Of a stretch of 64,000 bases of DNA, positions 18,483-26,482 are shown piece by piece. Each line of letters opens with the position of its first letter. Positions within the stretch are counted from its first letter, which is position 1. This stretch comes from Woeseiaceae bacterium. Its GTDB lineage: Bacteria; Pseudomonadota; Gammaproteobacteria; Steroidobacterales; Woeseiaceae. The stretch is from assembly GCA_965601785.1 (NCBI GenBank), contig OZ271838.1, forward strand, positions 3,698,916 to 3,762,915, in the 5' to 3' direction. The position numbers and the translations under genes are program-made. The notes beneath the pieces were generated by a model that was not told where the DNA came from, did no database searches, and saw only the letters and a program-made list of their open reading frames with translations.

Positions 18483-20111
18483 TCAGGCGTCGCGCAGCTC
18501 GCGGCGCAGAATCTTGCCGACGGTCGACTTTGGCAGTGCCTCGATGAAATCGACCTGCTTCGGCACCTTGTAGGCGGTGAGCTTGTCCTTGCAGTAGTCC
18601 TTGATGGCATCGTCGGTGAGTGCTTCATCGGTTCGCACGACGAACAGCTTGACCGCCTCGCCCGACTTGTCGTCCGGCACGCCAATACAGGCGCACTCGA
18701 GCACGCCGTCCATGCCGGCCACGACAGCCTCGATCTCGTTCGGGAAGACGTTGAAGCCCGACACGAGAATCATGTCTTTCTTGCGATCGACAATGCGGAA
18801 GAAACCGTCAGGCTCCATGACGGCGACGTCGCCGGTTCGGAAGTAGCCGTCGTCGGTCATGACTTCCGCCGTCGCGTCCTCGCGGCGCCAGTAGCCCTTC
18901 ATGACCTGCGGCCCCTTGGCACACAGCTCACCCTCTTCGCCCAGCGGCACCTCGTTGCCGGCATCGTCCCTGAGCGAGATGTCCGTGGACGGCCACGGGA
19001 TACCGATGCTGCTCAGGAAATCCTGCATGCCGAAGGGATTCATGGTCAGGACCGGCGACGTCTCCGACAGGCCGTAGCCTTCCTTGATGTGCTTGCCGGT
19101 AATGGCCTTCCACTTGTCGGAAACGGCTTTCTGCACGGGTGCGCCGCCACCGACGGACAGCCTTAGCGTCGAGAAATCGATCTCGTCGAAGCCGGGCGTA
19201 TGCAGAAGCCCGTTGTACAGCGTGTTGACGCCCGTGAAGACCGTAACCGGCCAGCGCTTCCACTCGGCAACGAACGCAGGCATGTCCGTAGGGTTGGTTA
19301 TCAACACGGCCGTACCACCGAAGAAGTAGTAGGTAAGCGTGTTCACCATCAACGCGAAGATGTGGTACATCGGGATTGCCGTAATCACGACCTCGTCACC
19401 GCGATGAATCCGGTCGCCGGCAAACGCCGCGTACTGCAGGATGTTGGCGACAAGGTTGTCGTGCGTCAGCATTGCGCCTTTGGACAGACCCGTCGTTCCG
19501 CCCGTGTACTGAAGAAACAACAAGTCGTCGCCGTTGATCTCGGGCGCCGTGAAATCGAGAGCCTCGCCTTCGGCGACGGCATCGGTAAACCGCAGGATAT
19601 CGCCAAGTCCCTCGGCTACTGGTGCCTCTGGAATCCCGTTACCGACGAAGTCATCCAGCTGTGCCACGATGACGTTCTTGACCGGTGTGTCAGCGATGAT
19701 CTGCGCGAGGGTTGGCGTGGATCCCGCGAAGACCACGATCGTGTCGGTATCCGCGTCGTTGAGCTGGTGCTCGAGCTCGCGCGGTGTATACATCGGGTTG
19801 ATGCTGACCTGCACGGCGCCGCAGCGCATGATCGCCTGCAGCGAGATCGGAAACGCCATCATGTTCGGCAGCATGACCGCAACGCGGTCGCCCTTTTTGA
19901 TACCGAGCGATGATTGCAGGTACGCGGCAAACGCCCCGGCACGCGCCCAGCATTCGGTAAAGCTCATCGTGCCGCCGAAGCTTGCGTAGGCAGCCCGGTC
20001 ACCAAACTGTTCGCTGGCCTCGGCCAGCATGTCGACCACGGTCGCGTATCCGCTCGTATCAACGGTTTCCGGAATCGAATCGCCGTAGTGCTGAAGCCAG
20101 GGTTTGCTCAT
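18483..20111 (-). CDS. fadD: Long-chain fatty acid-CoA ligase
   Basis: AMP-binding motif LQYTGGTTGLSKGA. True start MSKPWLQHY at ATG 20111. The 112-aa N-terminal extension in the track is Pro/Ser/Arg-rich noise. Confidence 0.85.
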   Translation of the reverse strand: MSKPWLQHYGDSIPETVDTSGYATVVDMLAEASEQFGDRAAYASFGGTMSFTECWARAGAFAAYLQSSLGIKKGDRVAVMLPNMMAFPISLQAIMRCGAVQVSINPMYTPRELEHQLNDADTDTIVVFAGSTPTLAQIIADTPVKNVIVAQLDDFVGNGIPEAPVAEGLGDILRFTDAVAEGEALDFTAPEINGDDLLFLQYTGGTTGLSKGAMLTHDNLVANILQYAAFAGDRIHRGDEVVITAIPMYHIFALMVNTLTYYFFGGTAVLITNPTDMPAFVAEWKRWPVTVFTGVNTLYNGLLHTPGFDEIDFSTLRLSVGGGAPVQKAVSDKWKAITGKHIKEGYGLSETSPVLTMNPFGMQDFLSSIGIPWPSTDISLRDDAGNEVPLGEEGELCAKGPQVMKGYWRREDATAEVMTDDGYFRTGDVAVMEPDGFFRIVDRKKDMILVSGFNVFPNEIEAVVAGMDGVLECACIGVPDDKSGEAVKLFVVRTDEALTDDAIKDYCKDKLTAYKVPKQVDFIEALPKSTVGKILRRELRDA

Positions 20112-20193
20112 GGTTTTCTCCTTGCCGTTTTGCGTCGCCGGGGCTCGGCTTGCTTGGTATTCTTGTGGGCACCGGGTCCCGGGAGTGTAGTCG

Positions 20194-21354
20194 ATGCCTG
20201 TACCAGAGCCCAAGCGCAATGGGGTAACGCTATTGCTGCTCTCCGCGCTACTCGCGGCCTGCGTCGCGAAAGAGAATGCCGAGAGCGGGCAGCGCGCCAT
20301 GCTCGGAGGTGATATCGGCAACGCCGCTATTAGCGGGCTGGATGGCCTGCCCGGCGCGATCACCCTCAGCAACGGTAGCTGGGAGGGTCGGCCGTACGTC
20401 GCGGGCGGTAACGCGCGTCCTCGCGCTTCGCTGCTCCCGGAATTCACGGCGCGGGGTGACCTCGACGGTGACGGAACAGACGACAGCGTTGGCGTGCTCG
20501 TCGTCGAACTGGGCGGCTCGGGCAGCTTTGTCTACCTTGTCACCGCGCCCGGCGGGAGTGAAGCGGCAAGTCCGGCCCTGCTTCTGGGTGACCGCGTGCG
20601 TGTGCGCTCCCTGACCATCGTCGGCACAACGATCGAGCTCGACACCCAGCGCTTCGCCGACGACGACCCGATGTGCTGCCCGTCGCTGGACGCCCGCCAG
20701 GTGCTCGTGCTCGAAGACGGCGAACTCCTGGGCGTCGAGACAGAGATCAGCGAGTCGGACGTTCGTCGCCAGTTCGGATTCGTCGTCTGGGGCCACGAAG
20801 CGCGGAGCTTCACCCCATGCGGCGCGAGCGAAGCGGCCTGGCTCGTCGATCGCACCACGGACGCTGTCATTGCAGCTCGCTATACCGATTTTGCGGTCGA
20901 ACCCTATGAAACCGTGTTCATGGATCTCGTTGGCCGCGACGCGCCGGCGCCCGCCGAGGGCTTTGGCAGCGACTATGCCAGCGCCTTCGAGGCAACGTCG
21001 GTCCTGCGCGTGGAACGCGAAGGCTGGGGCTGCGGCCTCGATATCGAGGGCCTGGTCTACCGCGCATCGGGCAACGAGCCCGGCTGGCTGCTCGAGATCC
21101 GGCCGGGCGGCGGCACGCTGACGCGCCAGGGCAGCGGCGCGCCCGTCGAGCTCACGCTGGTCGCCTACGTCGCTGGCGGTTCGTTCACGTTCTCGAGCGC
21201 CGAAGGCGATCTCGAGGCACAGATCGAGCGCCGCGACTGTCGCGATTCGATGTCTGGTGCCTTTGCCTCGCACTCGATCGGTTTCACGTTCGGCGATGCG
21301 CGCTACCGCGGCTGCGCCGTGCCGGGCAGTGTCGCCGAACTCTCGGCCGACTAG
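20194..21354 (+). CDS. Hypothetical lipoprotein
   Basis: 386 aa with a lipobox LLAAC near the N-terminus. No catalytic motif recognised. Confidence 0.5.
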   Translation: MPVPEPKRNGVTLLLLSALLAACVAKENAESGQRAMLGGDIGNAAISGLDGLPGAITLSNGSWEGRPYVAGGNARPRASLLPEFTARGDLDGDGTDDSVGVLVVELGGSGSFVYLVTAPGGSEAASPALLLGDRVRVRSLTIVGTTIELDTQRFADDDPMCCPSLDARQVLVLEDGELLGVETEISESDVRRQFGFVVWGHEARSFTPCGASEAAWLVDRTTDAVIAARYTDFAVEPYETVFMDLVGRDAPAPAEGFGSDYASAFEATSVLRVEREGWGCGLDIEGLVYRASGNEPGWLLEIRPGGGTLTRQGSGAPVELTLVAYVAGGSFTFSSAEGDLEAQIERRDCRDSMSGAFASHSIGFTFGDARYRGCAVPGSVAELSAD

Positions 21355-21357
21355 TCG

Positions 21358-22098
21358 TCAGGTCTTCCGGAATTCGCGAATGCGAAGCTTGGTTTCGTGG
21401 CCGGCGAACACCTGGCCGGCGTTGTCTTCACCTTTCATGTAGCTTCGCTGCCAGCCTTCCTTCGACGCGTCGGATCCCGACTCCTTCAGGGCATCATTGA
21501 AGCGAATACGCTCCTCTCGCCACTCGACGTACTGCTGGTAGAGCTTGGCGTTCGTGTTGAGGTTGGTCTGCTTCGCGTCGAACTTGCCGAGGTAGTGGCG
21601 TGGGTACGGCATGATCATTGCGATCGGCTCGCCGGCCTCGAAGCGCACCTTATGGCGCTTGCGCGTGAACTGCCAGTTCATCGTGAAGGTAAAGGGCGCC
21701 CAGTCCGTCTCGATGATGCCCTCGAGCGGCGCGATGCCGTCCTTCGGTCGATTGGCGGGACCCTTCACCCATAGGTTGTGTGCCTTGGTCGTGCGGAACA
21801 GGTAGCCCGGAGAGAATGTAAGGACGCCGTGACCGAAGTGCGACCCGACAAGGTCGGAGGGCTCATCGTCAAAGCGTATGCGGATGGCATCCAGCCCGTC
21901 CTTGCCATTCCAGCGCGCCGTGAAGCCAACGGGATTCCGGAGCTCCCATCCCGCCTGGTTGGCGATCGTCAGCGGCAGGCAGCGATAGCCGAAGCGCTCC
22001 GGCAGGGCCTCGATCCAGTCACGGCGACGCTCGCCGACGTCGAGTTGCATCGGCGCCTCGACAACTTCGTAGGCAGTGATTTCGAGCTTGTCCTTCAT
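21358..22098 (-). CDS. Hypothetical protein (DUF6065-like)
   Basis: 246-aa ORF with a good ATG and normal coding composition. The family assignment is from memory of similar sequences. Confidence 0.45.
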   Translation of the reverse strand: MKDKLEITAYEVVEAPMQLDVGERRRDWIEALPERFGYRCLPLTIANQAGWELRNPVGFTARWNGKDGLDAIRIRFDDEPSDLVGSHFGHGVLTFSPGYLFRTTKAHNLWVKGPANRPKDGIAPLEGIIETDWAPFTFTMNWQFTRKRHKVRFEAGEPIAMIMPYPRHYLGKFDAKQTNLNTNAKLYQQYVEWREERIRFNDALKESGSDASKEGWQRSYMKGEDNAGQVFAGHETKLRIREFRKT

Positions 22099-22116
22099 CG
22101 AGGCCCCCTGGTGTTG

Positions 22117-22596
22117 CTACAGCGGCAGCGCGGTCGAGTATTTGTGTTGCCGCAGGGCGATCTGCGACGACGCCTGCGCCACCGAATCGTCGGCAAGTAT
22201 GGTTTCCATGAGGATGCGCTCGAACTCGCCAACGCTGTGCGTCCGGATGATCAGAGTGTAGTCGTGCGTACCCGTGACCGAGAAGCACTCGAGCACTTCC
22301 GGTGTCTTCAGTACCAGCGACTCGAATTGCCGGCGAGTCTCGCTCGCATGGTTGACGAGATTGACCGCAACGAACACGCAAACCGGGAAGCCCACCTTGT
22401 CAGGATCAAGCAGCGCTACGCGACGCGTAATGGCGCCGACGTCCTCGAGCTCGGCCAGTCGACGCGATACGGTCGACGGCGACATGGACAGGCGATCGGC
22501 CAGCTCCCGTACGGTGGCACGGGCGTCGTCCTGCACCGCCCGCAGCACGGCCACATCACTGTCGCTGAGACGCAAGGAATGATCAATTTGTGTCAT
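22117..22596 (-). CDS. Lrp/AsnC family transcriptional regulator
   Basis: 159 aa with an N-terminal HTH (ELADRLSMSPSTVSRRL) and a C-terminal RAM domain. Divergent from phhA. Confidence 0.85.
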   Translation of the reverse strand: MTQIDHSLRLSDSDVAVLRAVQDDARATVRELADRLSMSPSTVSRRLAELEDVGAITRRVALLDPDKVGFPVCVFVAVNLVNHASETRRQFESLVLKTPEVLECFSVTGTHDYTLIIRTHSVGEFERILMETILADDSVAQASSQIALRQHKYSTALPL

Positions 22597-22709
22597 TTTC
22601 TTATCATTTCTACATTTTCTGTCCCAATCATAGCCACTATAGCGGTTATCTTGAAGCCCTTTTTCCGCGAAACCGGGTATTATTCGTACGTATAGTTTCG
22701 GAGCCCCTC

Positions 22710-23597
22710 ATGACCGCCATGCCCGTCGTTTCCCTATCGAGCAAGAATCGCTATGCCGATGCGCCGCGCAACGCCGATTACACGATCGACCAGCGCTGGG
22801 ATTCCTATACGGCGGACGAGCATGACCGCTGGGACCGGCTGTTCCGAAACCAGGTAAGGATCCTGCCGGGACGTGCCTGCGAGCAGTTCATGCGGGCCGT
22901 TGACCAGCTGGAACTGTCGCGCTCGGGTATTCCGAATATGGAGGAGCTCTCGGATCGGCTGGAACCGCTGACGGGTTGGCGCGTGGTGCCGGTAACGGAT
23001 CTCGTCCCGGACGACATCTTTTTCGATCACCTCGCCAATCGCCGCTTTCCGGCCGGTGCATTCATCCGGCCCGAGGAAGAGTTCGACTACCTTGAGGAAC
23101 CGGATGTCTTCCACGACATCTTCGGTCACGTGCCGCTGCTCGCGAATCCTGTATTCGCGGACTTCATGGAGGCCTATGGCAAGGGCGGCAATCGCGCACT
23201 CGAACTCGGCCAGCTCAAGAATCTCGCACGGCTTTACTGGTACACGGTCGAGTTCGGCCTGATCAGGACAAACGACGGCTTGCGCATCTATGGCGCCGGC
23301 ATCCTGTCGTCACCGCAGGAAAGCGTCTTCTCGCTCGAAGACGCGTCGCCAAATCGCGTCGGCTTCGATCTTGCGCGGCTGATGCGGACGAAGCACATCA
23401 TCGATGACTTCCAGCAGACCTACTTCGTCATCGACAGCTTTGAACAGCTCCTTGAAACCTGTTATCAAGACTTTGGCGACATCTACGCGACCGTCAGGGA
23501 CCAGCCGGACTACGAGGCGCATGAACTTGTCGACGGCGACACGGTCCTTACTCGCGGCAGCCGCGAGTATTTCCTCGCCAAGCGCCGCATCGCCTGA
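22710..23597 (+). CDS. phhA: Phenylalanine 4-monooxygenase
   Basis: Aromatic amino-acid hydroxylase iron-ligand region PDVFHDIFGHVPLL. Internal ATG at 22710. Confidence 0.9.
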   Translation: MTAMPVVSLSSKNRYADAPRNADYTIDQRWDSYTADEHDRWDRLFRNQVRILPGRACEQFMRAVDQLELSRSGIPNMEELSDRLEPLTGWRVVPVTDLVPDDIFFDHLANRRFPAGAFIRPEEEFDYLEEPDVFHDIFGHVPLLANPVFADFMEAYGKGGNRALELGQLKNLARLYWYTVEFGLIRTNDGLRIYGAGILSSPQESVFSLEDASPNRVGFDLARLMRTKHIIDDFQQTYFVIDSFEQLLETCYQDFGDIYATVRDQPDYEAHELVDGDTVLTRGSREYFLAKRRIA

Positions 23598-23631
23598 ACG
23601 CCACCCAAGGCAAACAACAAACGGAGTTCCC

Positions 23632-23940
23632 ATGCCGGATACCCTCTCTGGCGCCGAGCGCGAGCGCCTCGTCGCTACGTCCCCGGGCTGGACGCTCGGC
23701 GCGGACGACAAATCGGTGTCGACCACGATCGAGTTCGCCAACTTTGCCGACGCCTGGGGCTTCATGAGTGAGATCGCCATCGAAGCGGACAAGCTCGACC
23801 ACCATCCCGAATGGAGCAATGTCTACAACCGCGTCGCCATTACGCTGACGACGCATGACGCGGACGGGCTCACGACCCGCGACCAGGCGCTCGCCGACAA
23901 GATCGCGGCCGCCCTGGGACGTCGCGGCCAGTCTGCCTGA
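23632..23940 (+). CDS. phhB: 4a-hydroxytetrahydrobiopterin dehydratase
   Basis: 102 aa with the DHHPEW motif. Internal ATG at 23632 of track ORF 23404..23940. Confidence 0.9.
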   Translation: MPDTLSGAERERLVATSPGWTLGADDKSVSTTIEFANFADAWGFMSEIAIEADKLDHHPEWSNVYNRVAITLTTHDADGLTTRDQALADKIAAALGRRGQSA

Positions 23941-23941
23941 C

Positions 23942-24610
23942 ATGCACGTCGTCGTTACCGGCGCCGCGGGCGCGCTCGGCCGCGAAGTCGTGTCGACTCT
24001 GGCTGCCCGCAATCACACCGTCACGGGTCTCGATATCGTTACGTCACTCGACGGCATCGACGGTCTCACGAACGGGATTGGCGATATCGATCTCGGTGAC
24101 CCCGAGCGGGTGAGCGATGCGATGCATCGCGCTGCGGACGCCTCGGGTCCGATCGACGGCCTCGTCAATATTGCGGGTGGCTTTACCTGGGAGACGATTG
24201 CTGACGGCAGCCCGGATACCTGGGACCGGATGTACGGCATGAACGTACGTTCCGCCCTCAATGCCTGCCGCGCAGCATTGCAGCATCTCGCAACGCCCGC
24301 GTCGATCGTCAACGTCGGCGCCGGTGCAGCGACGAAGGCTGGTCTCGGCATGGGTGCCTACGCCGCATCCAAAGCCGGCGTACACCGCCTCACCGAGGCG
24401 CTTGCCGAGGAACTCAAGGGCAAGGGCGTGCGTGTCAACGCGGTACTGCCGTCGATCATCGATACGCCCGCGAATCGCAAAGACATGCCGGACGCCGACT
24501 TCGCGAGCTGGGTCACGGGCGCCGAACTCGCTCATGTCATCGCCTTCCTGCTGTCGGACAACGCCAGCGGTGTCACCGGGGCGCTACTGCCCGTTTCCGG
24601 GCGCGTCTGA
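23942..24610 (+). CDS. Short-chain dehydrogenase/reductase (candidate dihydropteridine reductase by context)
   Basis: VVVTGAAGALG Rossmann motif and YAASK catalytic YxxxK. The ATG lies 2 nt after the phhB stop. Confidence 0.75.
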   Translation: MHVVVTGAAGALGREVVSTLAARNHTVTGLDIVTSLDGIDGLTNGIGDIDLGDPERVSDAMHRAADASGPIDGLVNIAGGFTWETIADGSPDTWDRMYGMNVRSALNACRAALQHLATPASIVNVGAGAATKAGLGMGAYAASKAGVHRLTEALAEELKGKGVRVNAVLPSIIDTPANRKDMPDADFASWVTGAELAHVIAFLLSDNASGVTGALLPVSGRV

Positions 24611-24612
24611 AC

Positions 24613-25257
24613 TCAGATAAGGGTCAGCTCGATCGCCTTGAGCACGGCGCGGGTCCGATCGCGAACACCCAGTTTCGCGAGAATATTCGACACGTGATTC
24701 TTGATCGTGCCCTCGGACTTGTTGAGCGCCGCCGAGATTTCCTTGTTGCTGTAACCGCCCGCCATCAGGCGAATCACCTCGGTCTCGCGCGGCGTCAGCG
24801 GCTCGGGCATATCACTGGCCTCGAAGTCCTGCGCCGTTCCTGACAGGCCCTTGAGCAGCGCCTCGGTAATTGCCGGCTGGATCATCGTCTCGCCCGCCGC
24901 GACTGACTCGATTGCGCGGATCAGGTTTTCGAGCGACACATCCTTGAGCAGGTAGCCCTTTGCGCCGGCGCGAATGCCGTCGAGTACCTGCTCATGGTCG
25001 TCGAAGGTCGTCAGGATAATGACCGGCGTCGACTGGCCGGCGGCCTGCATGGCCAGAATCGCATCAGCCCCGTTCATGCGCGGCATGCGCATGTCCATGA
25101 GTACGACGTCAGGCGAGTGCGCCGCGACCAGCTCAACCGCCTCGTCACCGTCGCTCGCCTCGGCAACCACCTCGACCTTGCCGGACAGTTCCAGGAGACC
25201 ACGCACGCCCTGCCGCACGAGCGTCTGGTCGTCGATGATCGCGACGCGAACAGCCAT
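24613..25257 (-). CDS. NarL/FixJ (LuxR-type) response regulator
   Basis: Receiver domain (DVVLMDMRMP) plus a LuxR HTH (LTPRETEVIRLMAGGYSNKEIS). Confidence 0.9.
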   Translation of the reverse strand: MAVRVAIIDDQTLVRQGVRGLLELSGKVEVVAEASDGDEAVELVAAHSPDVVLMDMRMPRMNGADAILAMQAAGQSTPVIILTTFDDHEQVLDGIRAGAKGYLLKDVSLENLIRAIESVAAGETMIQPAITEALLKGLSGTAQDFEASDMPEPLTPRETEVIRLMAGGYSNKEISAALNKSEGTIKNHVSNILAKLGVRDRTRAVLKAIELTLI

Positions 25258-25260
25258 CTG

Positions 25261-26397
25261 TCAGGCAGTAGCCGGAATCGTCACGTGCAGCCGCATCGCA
25301 CCGTCAGGCGCCGAAAGTTCGAGTGTGCCGCGCAGCCGCTCGAGGCGTTCGCGCATCCCGGTAATCCCGTTCCCTTCGACAAACGAGCCCTGCTGCTCGC
25401 CGTTATCCCTGATGTCGAGGTGCAAAGCGCCGTCCTCCTGCCACACCCGGATGCGGCTCTGGCTTGCGCCCGAGTGCCGAAGCGTATTCGTCAACGCTTC
25501 CTGGATGCAGCGCAGCAGGGATTCGGCAACTTCGAAGTCGGTAATCGACAGCCCCTCCTCGATGTCGAGCTCGATATCGAGATGCGGCACCTTGTCGACG
25601 AGCAGGCGCACGGCGCTTGCGAAGTCGACGTCGGCCTCTTCACGCAGGGTGCTGACCGCCTCGCGGACGTCGGACAGGAGGAGCCTCGCCAGTGCTCGCG
25701 ACTCGGCGATCTTCTCCCTCGCCTCACCATCGGCGATACGCTCGGCGATCTGCAGGTTGATCGACAGCGCGGTCAGGTGGTGACCGACGAGATCATGCAG
25801 GTCGCGAGCAATTCGCGTCCTCTCGCTGTGCCGTGAGGCCTCCGACAGGAGGTGCTGCGTCGAGATCAACTCGCGGTTGAGGAACTCCGCACGATCACGG
25901 GCCGCTTCGGCCGCTGCCGTTGCACGTGACATCAGCAGCGCGAAGAAATGGAAAGTGCCGTACAAGAGCACCGTGATGAATGCCTGTTCCTCACCCCAGC
26001 CGACGCGCATGACGGCGTACCACGCGGCAAGGACGAGGGCGAGCAGCCACCACAGTACCCGCTCCGGGTAGAGACGCCCCGCTATGGCAATCCAGATGAT
26101 CGTATAGATCGGGACGAAGCTGACAGGCAATGCCAACCCGAGCACCAGCGCACTCCCCGCCTGAATGCCGTGAGCGATGCGCCGATGGGTCAGCGAAAGC
26201 ACAGGGCTGGCACTGAAGACCGCCAGCATGCACGCGAGATTGGTCAGCGCCATGGCGACTGCCAGCGCGCCGTTGGCCTCCAGGCGGTCACCACTTGCGT
26301 ACAGGATGTAAAGGGCAAGACCGGTAACGGCCGCCCAGGTCAGAATGCCCGCGAAATGCTGCATCGACTTGCGTTGTTGGCGCTCGTCCATGGCCAT
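25261..26397 (-). CDS. Membrane sensor histidine kinase (HisKA_3 type)
   Basis: TM segments, then RIARDLHDLVGHHL (H-box) and a GNGITGMRERL ATPase motif. ATG at 26397 or 26391 is chosen to avoid overlap with the upstream gene. Confidence 0.8.
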   Translation of the reverse strand: MAMDERQQRKSMQHFAGILTWAAVTGLALYILYASGDRLEANGALAVAMALTNLACMLAVFSASPVLSLTHRRIAHGIQAGSALVLGLALPVSFVPIYTIIWIAIAGRLYPERVLWWLLALVLAAWYAVMRVGWGEEQAFITVLLYGTFHFFALLMSRATAAAEAARDRAEFLNRELISTQHLLSEASRHSERTRIARDLHDLVGHHLTALSINLQIAERIADGEAREKIAESRALARLLLSDVREAVSTLREEADVDFASAVRLLVDKVPHLDIELDIEEGLSITDFEVAESLLRCIQEALTNTLRHSGASQSRIRVWQEDGALHLDIRDNGEQQGSFVEGNGITGMRERLERLRGTLELSAPDGAMRLHVTIPATA

Positions 26398-26482
26398 ATT
26401 CTGGCGCGCACGCGCGAGCGGCGCTATAGGCCGAAAGTCATGCCCTGGGGTCGAGTTTGCGCACGCCGGCGTCCGCCAGCGC

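Noticed and set aside
20248-21273. 341-aa minus-strand ORF opposite the lipoprotein gene.
   Set aside because: The plus-strand ORF has a proper ATG and a lipobox signal. The antisense product is Arg/Ala-rich without features. The choice between the two is less certain than elsewhere, but it favours the plus strand.
21778-22695. 305-aa plus-strand ORF across the DUF6065-like and Lrp genes.
   Set aside because: It is antisense to an Lrp regulator with a clear HTH and crosses a gene boundary.
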